Assembly (NCBI GenBank): GCA_012799695.1
Contig: JAAZKT010000001.1
Span: 17,658 to 81,657, forward strand
From: Clostridiaceae bacterium
GTDB lineage: Bacteria > Bacillota > Clostridia > Saccharofermentanales > DTU023
DNA length: 64,000 nucleotides
Reading direction: 5' to 3'
Part shown: one piece after another, positions 8,375 through 17,562 of the stretch
Layout: every line of letters begins with the position of its first letter
How positions within the stretch are numbered: the stretch's first letter is position 1
Position numbers and translations under genes: made by a program
Notes under the pieces: model-generated
Told to the model about the DNA's origin: nothing
The model's input: the letters and a program-made list of their open reading frames with translations, nothing else
The model's database searches: none

Positions 8375-9526
8375 CTACTCAACAAGGACACGCGGCACGC
8401 GTTCTTTGATCCCCGTGAAAACCTCGTAGTCAATCGTGCCGTAGACCGCCGCCACTTCGCTTGCATCTTTTCGACCATATGCATCTTCACCGAACAGCAT
8501 CACCTCATCGCGCACTTGAGCATCGGGTATGGCAGTGATATCTACTATGCATCGATCCATACAAACGCGACCGACGATGGGAACTTCTCTTCCCTTATGA
8601 TAGAAACAACCCTTGTTCGACAGCTGTCTGGACAATCCGTCCGCATACCCCATATTAATGACGGCGAGTCGCGAGTCATTCGGTGCCGTCCATGTGCCCC
8701 CGTAACTCACACGCGTGCCCGCAACAACTTCGCCGATTTGTTCGATAACGCTCTTTACCGTCATGACAGGGCGCAAATTCGTCCAGTGAGGAGTTCTCTC
8801 ACCGGCTTTGCCTCCGTACAGCGTGATCCCGGGACGCACCATGTCAAAGTGATTCTCCGGTTGTTCCGGAATCGCAGCACTGCTTGCGATATGGCGCTTG
8901 ACTCGCGGGAAACCGCGTCTTTCAGCTTCTGCAACAGTTGCGATAAATCGCTCCCGTTGTATCGCGGCATAGGTTAGATCGCAATCTGCCGTCGCCAAGT
9001 GCGTGTACACACCTGCCACCTTTAGCGCGGGTTCTCCGGCAGCGGCGAGCAACGCTTCAATCGCTTTGGAATTATTAGGAGGATCGATGAGCATGCCCAG
9101 TCGTGACATACCGGAATCAAGCTTGATGTGTACGGTTAACGGTTCCCCGCCGGTCTTTGCCGATGCATCGGCAAAGCCTTGTATTTCGCTTACGGAAACG
9201 ATCGAGGCCGTCAAATCGTACTGTTTGAGAAATGGTACGTGCTCGTATCTCGTCGTACCGAAGATAAGAATCTCCGATTTCGCGCCCGATTCACGCAAAG
9301 CGATCGCCTCATCGATCGTGGCGACACAGAGATATGTTACTCCCGCCTCCTCGAGAACGGGAACGATAAGCTCGGCACCGTGACCGTACGCATTTGCTTT
9401 TACTACGGGAGCGACAAGCGTTCCGGTCGTGGCGGTATACGCTTTGATCACTTCCAAATTATTGATTAAAGCACTCTTTGAGATCTCCGCCCAAGACTTT
9501 TTCGTGAACCAAGGATTTATCTTCAT
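8375..9526 (-). CDS. alr: Alanine racemase
   Basis: PLP-lysine motif VVKANAYGHG. The C-terminal catalytic Tyr region reads RVSYGGTWTA. At 383 aa it lies 38 nt downstream of orr on the same strand. Confidence 0.9.
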   Translation of the reverse strand: MKINPWFTKKSWAEISKSALINNLEVIKAYTATTGTLVAPVVKANAYGHGAELIVPVLEEAGVTYLCVATIDEAIALRESGAKSEILIFGTTRYEHVPFLKQYDLTASIVSVSEIQGFADASAKTGGEPLTVHIKLDSGMSRLGMLIDPPNNSKAIEALLAAAGEPALKVAGVYTHLATADCDLTYAAIQRERFIATVAEAERRGFPRVKRHIASSAAIPEQPENHFDMVRPGITLYGGKAGERTPHWTNLRPVMTVKSVIEQIGEVVAGTRVSYGGTWTAPNDSRLAVINMGYADGLSRQLSNKGCFYHKGREVPIVGRVCMDRCIVDITAIPDAQVRDEVMLFGEDAYGRKDASEVAAVYGTIDYEVFTGIKERVPRVLVE

Positions 9527-9564
9527 TTATTGCCCATCCATCTAACGTCTATAGTCAAGATTTT

Positions 9565-10626
9565 TTAGACGAGTCGTTTCTCTACGTAAGGAGAGGTTGA
9601 AGCGCGCAATAAAGCCGCGTAATCAGGCGAAAACTCGAGCACGTCTCCAACCTTGAAGTCGCGGACGGCATGCGTAATATCAAGCATCATGTAATCGCTT
9701 GACGCACCTAGGAATGCAATCGTGCTATCTTTAGGCTCCAACGTATCGCAACGCACATCCTGCTCACCGATGGCGAGAATCGCGCGCCAAATCTGTCCGC
9801 GATCTTCGAAAACAGGAATCTCGTTGAAAGAATTCGGTCCGATTAAACCCGTCGGAACGGATGGTTTACGTCTCAGCTCGACAATCTCCGCCCTGACAGT
9901 AAAGACATCAGTAAAGAGATCGTGAAGTCGCTTTCGGAATGATGTCTCAATACCGAGCAGGTAACCCTCGCCGACGCGAAGATGCGTGATTCCCAACGGG
10001 AGTCTGTTTTCAGAAAGCATGTAGAGGGAACCCGTGTTGCCTCCGGAAACAATCGGTAGCGGAACATTGAACCGGCGCCGAATATCTTCAGCCATCGCGC
10101 TTAGCTCCTCCAGCTGGCGCTCTTCGGGAATGACACCCCCGTAGCAGTTAAAATTCGCCCCGATACCCGCCAACCATACGCCACGCAGATTAAGTACACG
10201 AGAAGCGACATCAAACATCTCATCCGGCATGAACCCCTCGCGCAAATCTCCCATCTCAACCATTAAAATGACACCGTGCTCACGGTCGAGCGCCAGCGCC
10301 GCATCCGACAACGCCTCAATGGCGGATAAGTCGGAATTAAGACTTAAATCGGAATAGCGCACAACGTCATTCGCATTCGAGATCATCGGCACCCGGAGCA
10401 TCATACGCGACAGTCCGAGGTCACTCATCTCACGTAAATTCTCGACGCGGGAATCGGCAAAATACTCAACACCCGCCTCATGCAAGACTTCGAGAAAAGG
10501 TCGCCATCCTGACAAACATTTGGTGACAAAGTGTATTTGAACGTTTGAATCCTGCCCCATCTTCAAGATAGTACGCACATTGTGAATAAGTTTCTCGCGA
10601 TCAATTAGCAATTCAGGATATGACAT
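9565..10626 (-). CDS. orr: Ornithine racemase (alanine-racemase-fold PLP enzyme)
   Basis: A 353-aa protein with an Ala_racemase_N-type barrel (HFVTKCLSG around the PLP-Lys). The call rests on its position at the end of the ord/ort/ora cluster, as in the described Clostridium sticklandii ornithine cluster. Confidence 0.7.
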   Translation of the reverse strand: MSYPELLIDREKLIHNVRTILKMGQDSNVQIHFVTKCLSGWRPFLEVLHEAGVEYFADSRVENLREMSDLGLSRMMLRVPMISNANDVVRYSDLSLNSDLSAIEALSDAALALDREHGVILMVEMGDLREGFMPDEMFDVASRVLNLRGVWLAGIGANFNCYGGVIPEERQLEELSAMAEDIRRRFNVPLPIVSGGNTGSLYMLSENRLPLGITHLRVGEGYLLGIETSFRKRLHDLFTDVFTVRAEIVELRRKPSVPTGLIGPNSFNEIPVFEDRGQIWRAILAIGEQDVRCDTLEPKDSTIAFLGASSDYMMLDITHAVRDFKVGDVLEFSPDYAALLRASTSPYVEKRLV

Positions 10627-10638
10627 AATGACCTCCTG

Positions 10639-11994
10639 TCAGGACAATTTCAATGACGAAAGCATCAATTTAACGGCCGCCTCAGGGTAGGCGTTAGCCA
10701 TGACGCCACATGCAGCCATCAAATAGTTGTGATCTATCATAACACGCGCAAACTCCGACGGATAGAGATAATCGGTCACAGGCACCGACAATACTTCGCC
10801 GATCATTGATCCGGCACAGGTCAACTTTGTCAATGCGCCGCCTGTCGCGATGACCGACGTAACGGCAGTCAAATCGCGACCTCGTATCGTCATCCGTCTT
10901 CCTCGTGTCGTAAATTGTTCCGTCATGCGACCGGCGTGGCGTTCCAGTGCCTCGCGACAACAAGTTCTCACAAGTGGAAGCACGAGTGAAATCTGGTCTC
11001 TATTCTCAGGTATCTCCGGCACGTTCGCAAGCTGTAATTCGTAATCAGCAGGTAGCCTCGCCCTCTCACCGGCATTCATCGCGCCGATGACGTGTGAACG
11101 ATTGACGAACACGCCCAAGTCGCCTTCAACTGTCCGCTTGGCGAACGGCTCCGGTTCTATGCGATAGTGGCGCAAGTCTTCACTGCCTTCCGTTACCGAG
11201 TGAAGATCGGTTGTCGCTCCTCCGACATCAAAAGTCATCAAATCGCCGAGTACGTCGAAGAGCCGCTCCGTCATCGCCATCACGGCGCCCGGTGTCGGCA
11301 TAATCTTTCCCGTCACCGCTTCGTGTATGCGCGCCATCCCGGGAGCCTCGATGATGTGTTCTTCAAAGATGTCCTGAATCATCGCGCGCGCAGGATCAAC
11401 ATCGAGTTGATCAAGCGACGGATAAACATTCTTCGTTATGTACAATCGGATGTTTTTCTCCTGAGCGATCGCTTTGATCTCTCGCCAATTATCGGTGTTC
11501 CCGGCGTACAAGACCGGCGTCCCCGGCATATGCTCTGTCAGAACCTTGAAGTTGTGAAGTGCCGTCTCGCGCTCGCCGCCGTCAACGCCGCCCGCCACCA
11601 TCATGATACGCGGAGCGATGGCGCGCACTTCTTCAAGATCATAAGTGCCGAGCCTTCCGGCGGTAACCATGCGAATTACTGCGCCTGAACCGAGTGCCGC
11701 CTCGCGAGCGGCGCGCACCGTCATCTCGGGAACTAACCCGTGAACGGTCATTGAGAGACCGCCCGCCGCGGAACTTGTCGCGAAGATATGGTCGGATTCG
11801 ATCATCTCGACGCCGAGATTACGGGCGAGATCGATTCTTGCCCTTTGAAGGCCAAGGACGACGTCTCCCTCCCCGCTGGATGTCGCCGCCATCCCCTGCC
11901 CGAGAAAGACGGGAGCGTCACCGGTCAAGTCGGTAAACGCATTGACGACTGTCGTCGTGCTTCCAATTTCCGCTACGAGCAACTCAACGTTCAT
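10639..11994 (-). CDS. GlmL/MutL-like protein (putative aminomutase reactivase)
   Basis: A 451-aa protein with the ASKHA-type start LLVAEIGSTTTVVNAF and the motif DVGGATTDLHSV. It resembles the glutamate mutase L component and overlaps the end of oraE by 11 nt. Confidence 0.65.
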   Translation of the reverse strand: MNVELLVAEIGSTTTVVNAFTDLTGDAPVFLGQGMAATSSGEGDVVLGLQRARIDLARNLGVEMIESDHIFATSSAAGGLSMTVHGLVPEMTVRAAREAALGSGAVIRMVTAGRLGTYDLEEVRAIAPRIMMVAGGVDGGERETALHNFKVLTEHMPGTPVLYAGNTDNWREIKAIAQEKNIRLYITKNVYPSLDQLDVDPARAMIQDIFEEHIIEAPGMARIHEAVTGKIMPTPGAVMAMTERLFDVLGDLMTFDVGGATTDLHSVTEGSEDLRHYRIEPEPFAKRTVEGDLGVFVNRSHVIGAMNAGERARLPADYELQLANVPEIPENRDQISLVLPLVRTCCREALERHAGRMTEQFTTRGRRMTIRGRDLTAVTSVIATGGALTKLTCAGSMIGEVLSVPVTDYLYPSEFARVMIDHNYLMAACGVMANAYPEAAVKLMLSSLKLS

Positions 11995-14284
11995 CGCATC
12001 CCTTTCGCATTTCGCGGCGCCGTTTCACGAGAAAACTCGCCACGTCAATACCGCGACTGCCGCGCCCGAATCCGCCATCCATGCCCGCTTCGACCGCGAG
12101 CTCATTGACGACTTGTGTGCCTCCGCCGACAAGGATGATTTGATCCCTGATGCCCTTCTCGATGCAGATGTCCGCGATCTTCCTCATGTTCTCGTAATGA
12201 ATGTCGTGATGCGAAATAATCGTCGAAGCGAGAATGGCATCGGCATTCGTCTCAATCGCCGCGTCAACTATTTTATCCATAGGAACGGATGTTCCGAGAT
12301 AGTGATAGCGGATACCGAACCCTTCAATCCCGCCGTGCTTGATGTCGAGAATTTCTTTCAAGCCGACGGAATGCTCATCCTCACCGACCGTGCCCGCGAC
12401 GACAGTCATCGGGTGCTCACGGATATCTTCGCGGATCTCCGACTCCGACAATGTCTCGATCACTTCAGGGAGCACAAGTTTCGACAAATCGATGTCGAAG
12501 TCGATTTTGCCCTTCATTTCGATGTAGGTGCCCTCCACGGGATGCATCACTTGACAGTGGATAATTTCACAATCTGAAAGCCCCATTCTTTCGCCGATAA
12601 CAAGCGAAGCGGCTTCCGCATGGCGCCGATCGCAGGGAAGCATCAGCGTCAAAACGATAACGCCGTCCGCCAAGAATTCGACTTCAGGTCTGACAAGATT
12701 CGGATTGTCATAATATTTTTGTTTTTCGGCGATACGGACGTTTACGTTATCATACTCGTCGAGCTCATCGATAAATTGTATCTTGGACGGGTCTTGGAAC
12801 GTATCACCGCCAATTGCCTCGCTCGCACACTCAAACGGAGCGGGGATGTTGTTGTATCCGAAATGGACGGAGACGGGTGCGAAATAGTCGTCGGCACGCT
12901 TGAACAAGCTATCCGCTCCGATGCCGCCATCGAGTTCACGTGCAATCCCGTCGCCCTTGCGATCGGGATATTCGGCACTGTCGATGAAGAATCCCTCTTC
13001 AACGGCGCTAAAATAGCCGCCGACCTCAAGCATCTCCTCCAAAAAGAGAATGGCGCGCTCTTTCAGCTCGCGCACGCGTTCGCCGAGCGGGCCGTCACGG
13101 TTGATGTCGACCATCTCGCGGATACCGTCAAGGCCGTTGAGCGATTGACGCGCCGTATTGACGGCATTGATGTTGAAATAGTGCCACGGGACATTGCGTC
13201 CCTCATCCGGCGTGATCGTTGATTGAACATCGACTGAAGTCAGGCGCGAGATGACCATATTGAGCGTATGCGTCACCGTCGCTTCGCGTGTTTCCGACTC
13301 CATATATTTCGTGTTTTGTTGGGCACGAATTCTATAATCTCTGAAAAAATCTCTCAACGCGACTGCATAGGGCAAGTCTATGCGCATGCACGGCGCGGGG
13401 GGCGCCGTCGGGGGAACGCTTGAGAGCGCGATGTTCTCCGGTTTGATTCCGCACTTGAGCGAGAACATGGTGTTGATCGCGTGTTGAACCATCAGCTCGG
13501 GCATGACTTTCCACGCCTCCATCGCCGTCGCGTTCGCGTTGTGCGCGCCGTCGATTTGGAGTTGCCCTCCATATGCGATGATTTTCTTGCTTTCACACGC
13601 ATCGACGAAACTTCGGAGCATGTTGATGTTTCTGTAGAGGATGTTATATTGCGGGTCCTGATGGACGCCGGACACGCCTTCCTCGACGAACATCACGGCG
13701 ATATCGGGACCGGCAACGCCGGAAACGTAAGAGTGATAATTAATCGGACGACCGACCTCGTCTTCGATGAGGTCGAGCGCTCGGCGCGTCGCGCGACATT
13801 GCTTACGTGTCACGGGAATGCCGCCGATGCCCTGTGTCGTGCCCTCCAGCAACGAATCAATATGCGATTGCCCTGCCGTCCTGATCACCATGATGTGATC
13901 GGCGCCGTTCCAAGCAGCCATGCGCATACGGCGAATATCGTCCTCAAATCGACCGGAAGCGATTTCCGTCGTGATGACGCAATCTGGCTGCGGGTCAATG
14001 TAACCCAAACCTCGACTCCCCGGTAAAGGCACGGAGTTCTCAAGTGACTCTGACGTCTCCAGATACTCAAACGCGCCGATCTTTCTCGACTCTCCTCGAC
14101 CTTCACGCCAATGCCACGGGCGTCTCGGTGAGCGGTAATTCTCCAAACCGTCGAGAATTTTGCGAACATCGAATCGCTCATTAATGTCGAGAGTAATCGA
14201 CGTTTCACGAGCCGCTTGAACCGATCCGTTCTCTCCTTGGCGACCGTCACGGACAACTTTGTCTTCGCAAACATCACGTTTCAT
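11984..14284 (-). CDS. oraE: D-ornithine 4,5-aminomutase, large (E) subunit, B12/PLP-dependent
   Basis: A 766-aa protein with a TIM-barrel part and a C-terminal Rossmann B12-binding domain (VVAGTVGEDEHSVGLKEI, DxHxxG-type). Its start overlaps the oraS stop (ATGA). Confidence 0.85.
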   Translation of the reverse strand: MKRDVCEDKVVRDGRQGENGSVQAARETSITLDINERFDVRKILDGLENYRSPRRPWHWREGRGESRKIGAFEYLETSESLENSVPLPGSRGLGYIDPQPDCVITTEIASGRFEDDIRRMRMAAWNGADHIMVIRTAGQSHIDSLLEGTTQGIGGIPVTRKQCRATRRALDLIEDEVGRPINYHSYVSGVAGPDIAVMFVEEGVSGVHQDPQYNILYRNINMLRSFVDACESKKIIAYGGQLQIDGAHNANATAMEAWKVMPELMVQHAINTMFSLKCGIKPENIALSSVPPTAPPAPCMRIDLPYAVALRDFFRDYRIRAQQNTKYMESETREATVTHTLNMVISRLTSVDVQSTITPDEGRNVPWHYFNINAVNTARQSLNGLDGIREMVDINRDGPLGERVRELKERAILFLEEMLEVGGYFSAVEEGFFIDSAEYPDRKGDGIARELDGGIGADSLFKRADDYFAPVSVHFGYNNIPAPFECASEAIGGDTFQDPSKIQFIDELDEYDNVNVRIAEKQKYYDNPNLVRPEVEFLADGVIVLTLMLPCDRRHAEAASLVIGERMGLSDCEIIHCQVMHPVEGTYIEMKGKIDFDIDLSKLVLPEVIETLSESEIREDIREHPMTVVAGTVGEDEHSVGLKEILDIKHGGIEGFGIRYHYLGTSVPMDKIVDAAIETNADAILASTIISHHDIHYENMRKIADICIEKGIRDQIILVGGGTQVVNELAVEAGMDGGFGRGSRGIDVASFLVKRRREMRKGCDER

Positions 14285-14670
14285 GAGGCCACCTCGTCAA
14301 ACAATCGCGCCGCCACGTCCCAGTGCTTGCCCTCGGCAAGGAACAGTCCCGTTTCACGTATGGAGAGTCCGAGCTCTTCCGCCACTTTCCAGACGACATG
14401 CCCGGCACCTCTCCCCATTAGCCCGTGATCGATTACGCCGCGCACAATAGCCTGTGCCTCAATGCTTGAAAACCCCATACGAAGGAGCACGCTTCGCTCA
14501 ATGGCGGGAGTCGTATATTCTCTTCCCGCTTGGAGGAGCGGCTCGACAAGCTTCTCCGTCAACTCCCAAAAACGTGTATAGAGTTCTTCATCTGACAGAT
14601 GTGCGAGATGTAGGCGTCTTTCCTCAAAAGTCGCATCCGTTGACAAATCTCTTTCTCCGCGATCGGTCAT
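14281..14670 (-). CDS. oraS: D-ornithine 4,5-aminomutase, small (S) subunit
   Basis: A 129-aa protein placed immediately upstream of, and coupled to, oraE. Size and position match OraS. Confidence 0.75.
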   Translation of the reverse strand: MTDRGERDLSTDATFEERRLHLAHLSDEELYTRFWELTEKLVEPLLQAGREYTTPAIERSVLLRMGFSSIEAQAIVRGVIDHGLMGRGAGHVVWKVAEELGLSIRETGLFLAEGKHWDVAARLFDEVAS

Positions 14671-14708
14671 TCAGATCCTCTCCCATCCTAATAAGTTCCC
14701 ATTAAATG

Positions 14709-14736
14709 AACTGCCGTCACATGAATGACGGCAGTT
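14709..14736 (-). promoter_or_regulatory. Intercistronic hairpin between ortB and oraS
   Basis: AACTGCCGTCA, a 6-nt loop and TGACGGCAGTT form a perfect 11-bp stem in the 78-nt gap between the two genes. Confidence 0.4.
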
Positions 14737-14748
14737 TCAGTACTGGAT

Positions 14749-16146
14749 TCACAGTGTTTCAAGCATCGCTTTCGTCTCTTCAATGGAGAGATTGAGCTCC
14801 TCAGCCATGTAGGCGATCTCACTCTCCGACCACGGACCGCCATCGGCGACGAGGCGGCGCAGAGCGGAGGCGCGCAGGCGACTCATATCGTAATCGCGCA
14901 CGCGGATCATCGACGGGTGCGCCGGCAGGACAATCGACTCGCCGGGGACCTCTTCTTCCGGATCCCCGATATAAACGTTGATGCCGTTCTGCCTCGCGAA
15001 TGTCAACTGAGCCATCGGGTGTTTCCCCGCGCCCGTGTATTCCGTTTCCTGAACTACGATGGTCTTGTCTTCCGGCATCGTCCTAGCAAGAGCGAAGGCG
15101 GCCGCCAGCGATGTATTGCCTGCCGGTCCGCGCTCAAGTCCTTCCAACGTCGCCAACATTTCCGTCGTGTAAAATACCTCGCCCTGCTTGACGAGGAGAT
15201 AACGATCGATGTAACGCAAAGCGCGGGCGGCGTTCCTCGGAACATCACTTCGATCGGGAAGCGATGCGAAGGGGATACCGAAGCCGGTGTGACCCGTCGT
15301 AAACGATTTGCGATTGAAGTCGCGGTCGGACGCCATCGACAAGCCGGATAGATCAACGCTCGCTGCGTAGACTTTTGTATCGACGAGACCTGCTTTAATG
15401 AGTCCTCTGGCCGTTCCGGTCAGATTGCCGCCACCCGCATGTGTCGCAAGGACGACATCGGGAACGAGACCGTATTCGTCACGACATTGGCGCGCAATCT
15501 CATATCCGAGCGTCTCAATGCCTGCGATGGCGGAAGGAGAATAGAGTGACGCGTTGTAAAAACCCGTCTCCTCCAACATGCGGAGCGCCAGGTAGAAAAG
15601 CTCCGGACCTACCGTCGTCTGAACGACTTCGGCACCGAACGCCTCACATTTTCTCTGTTTTTCGAGGATTTCGGGCTGCCCGACGAGCTCGCTGTCGTAG
15701 CATTCTTGGAGCACGATGCATTTTAAACCGAGCTTAGCCGCCATGCTGGCGACCGCGGCGCCGTAATTGCCGGACGTCGCCGCGATAACGCCTTTGTAAC
15801 CCTTCCGTTTGGCATCCCATACGGAAAGCGCCGCGCGGCGCGCTTTAAAGCTACCCGAAGGATTGGCGGCTTCGTCCTTGATGAGAATTCTTGCGCCGTA
15901 ACCGGGTTCCGACACCTTTCTCGCGAGCGCCGTCACGTTTTTCAAGTCCATGAGCGGTGTGTTTCCGACTCCGAAATCGCGTTGAATCCGGACGACTTCA
16001 TCGATCGTGATGCCGACGTCATGCATCATGGCTTCATAGTCAAAGGCAATGCCTTCGCCCTCATAGTCATCGTAATTGATGCCGAGCGATTGGCGCATAA
16101 TATCATTCTGCCGATCCATTACGGCTCCATATGTCATATCCTTCAT
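14749..16146 (-). CDS. ortB: 2-amino-4-ketopentanoate thiolase, beta subunit (PLP, tryptophan-synthase-beta fold)
   Basis: A 465-aa protein with the PLP-Lys motif NPSGSFKARRA and the glycine loop GGGNLTG. Its start overlaps the ord-ortA stop (ATGA type, 16143-16146). Confidence 0.85.
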   Translation of the reverse strand: MKDMTYGAVMDRQNDIMRQSLGINYDDYEGEGIAFDYEAMMHDVGITIDEVVRIQRDFGVGNTPLMDLKNVTALARKVSEPGYGARILIKDEAANPSGSFKARRAALSVWDAKRKGYKGVIAATSGNYGAAVASMAAKLGLKCIVLQECYDSELVGQPEILEKQRKCEAFGAEVVQTTVGPELFYLALRMLEETGFYNASLYSPSAIAGIETLGYEIARQCRDEYGLVPDVVLATHAGGGNLTGTARGLIKAGLVDTKVYAASVDLSGLSMASDRDFNRKSFTTGHTGFGIPFASLPDRSDVPRNAARALRYIDRYLLVKQGEVFYTTEMLATLEGLERGPAGNTSLAAAFALARTMPEDKTIVVQETEYTGAGKHPMAQLTFARQNGINVYIGDPEEEVPGESIVLPAHPSMIRVRDYDMSRLRASALRRLVADGGPWSESEIAYMAEELNLSIEETKAMLETL

Positions 16147-17510
16147 TTCGACTCACCTCCGAACATGAGCTCGAACACTTGTCTGTGAACGGCAGTCAAC
16201 TCCGGGACGCTATGCCCGAATGTATGCGTCGGAGAGATAGGAAGATCCGATACCGTTCCCGTCACCAATCGATCGCTCATCGTCCTCACGGTAACGAGGT
16301 CTCCGCGAGTTGCCGATTCCTCCTGCAAGAAACCTTTTGTAAAAGCGCGAAGCGGTGTCCGTTTCGTGTCATCGGGCACTTGAGGTGCGCGCTCGCCAAC
16401 GGGAAGAATAACGGTCTCGACGGAGACAAGTTCGCCTCGGCGGTATCGATGATCTCTCTCCTGATGAATCTGCTCGGCGTAATTGCCCAAGATACAGCGA
16501 GGCACAGGGAGATCGAGCATCGAACGGAGTCCCGGTTTCGCGCCGATCACGTGCGGAATCATGTTGACAGCCATGGCGATCGTCCCGATGCCGCCCGGCG
16601 TCTCGGGAACAATAGAAAGATTCATATCGTATCCGTCGGCGCGAATGGTCACATAGTCGCCCGTATTGACCCCTTCGTCTTCAGGACAGATCTGTTGAGG
16701 GTGGTCGAGGTGAATAAAGACTTTGCCATTGGCGAGACGTCCGTAGCTTTGTTGACGTATGCCGGCGAGATTACCCTTCTTCGCCTCACCATGTGCAGAT
16801 TTTCTGTCGACGTTCGAGATGATCGGATCACGTGTCTCTTCAATATCGGCCAACGCGACACCCATGCCTTCGGCGATCATCGACATGGACTCGGGAAAAC
16901 CGACGTGTCCGGAGAGACTGCCTTCCTCCATGCGCCTCTTGAATTCATCGATGGATATTCCAACGCCCTGTTCAACCATAACGGACTTTCCGAAAGGAGC
17001 GAGATCATTGACGCGCGCGGCTGAGATCGACTCGACATGTTCACACGTTCCACTCAAGGCGAGAATCAGGTAGTCGAGGACAAAGCCTGGGTTGATCCCC
17101 GTGCCGAGCACGGAAACACCGCGCATCTTCGCAAGCGCATCAATCTTGTCCGCGAGCTCTTCATTCTGCGCCCATGGCCACGCCATCTCTTCGGCAATCG
17201 AAAGGACGTGAACGCCTCGCTCAAGGCAGAACATAATCTTGTCAAACTGAGTTTCAACGAACGAATCGGTCGCCAAGACTACGATGTCACAAAGATCGCG
17301 TCTGACGATATCCTCGATTTTATTCGTGATGAACACGGGGTCGCGATCGCCGCGATCGATGCCCAGATAAGCGTATACTTCCTGCCCGACGAGGTGATCC
17401 CGCCTAACACAAACACCTGATAAGGCGAGTCCCTCCTTCGAAGCGATCATCTTGGCTATCCCGCTCCCCATAGCGCCTAAACCCCAGAGAGCGACTCTGA
17501 TATCTCTCAT
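16143..17510 (-). CDS. ord-ortA: Fusion protein: 2,4-diaminopentanoate dehydrogenase (Ord) plus 2-amino-4-ketopentanoate thiolase alpha subunit (OrtA)
   Basis: Residues 1 to about 350 form a DapB-like NAD(P) dehydrogenase (VALWGLGAMGSG). Residues from about 356 to 455 (RGELVSVETVILPVGERAPQVPDDTKRTPL...) match the roughly 100-aa OrtA family. The whole is a single open frame with no stop at the junction (about 16446). Confidence 0.8.
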   Translation of the reverse strand: MRDIRVALWGLGAMGSGIAKMIASKEGLALSGVCVRRDHLVGQEVYAYLGIDRGDRDPVFITNKIEDIVRRDLCDIVVLATDSFVETQFDKIMFCLERGVHVLSIAEEMAWPWAQNEELADKIDALAKMRGVSVLGTGINPGFVLDYLILALSGTCEHVESISAARVNDLAPFGKSVMVEQGVGISIDEFKRRMEEGSLSGHVGFPESMSMIAEGMGVALADIEETRDPIISNVDRKSAHGEAKKGNLAGIRQQSYGRLANGKVFIHLDHPQQICPEDEGVNTGDYVTIRADGYDMNLSIVPETPGGIGTIAMAVNMIPHVIGAKPGLRSMLDLPVPRCILGNYAEQIHQERDHRYRRGELVSVETVILPVGERAPQVPDDTKRTPLRAFTKGFLQEESATRGDLVTVRTMSDRLVTGTVSDLPISPTHTFGHSVPELTAVHRQVFELMFGGESK

Positions 17511-17562
17511 AAACTTCCCCTCCCGTCAAACGATCCGCATCGCCTGACTAGTATTTACAGCA

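Noticed and set aside
11942-17024. Several long plus-strand ORFs (11942..12577, 12620..13222, 13481..14026, 14725..15351, 16131..17024).
   Set aside because: All are antisense to the well-supported ornithine-pathway genes in a GC-rich stretch. They have Arg/His/Asp-rich compositions without recognisable motifs, which is a typical stop-poor antisense frame.
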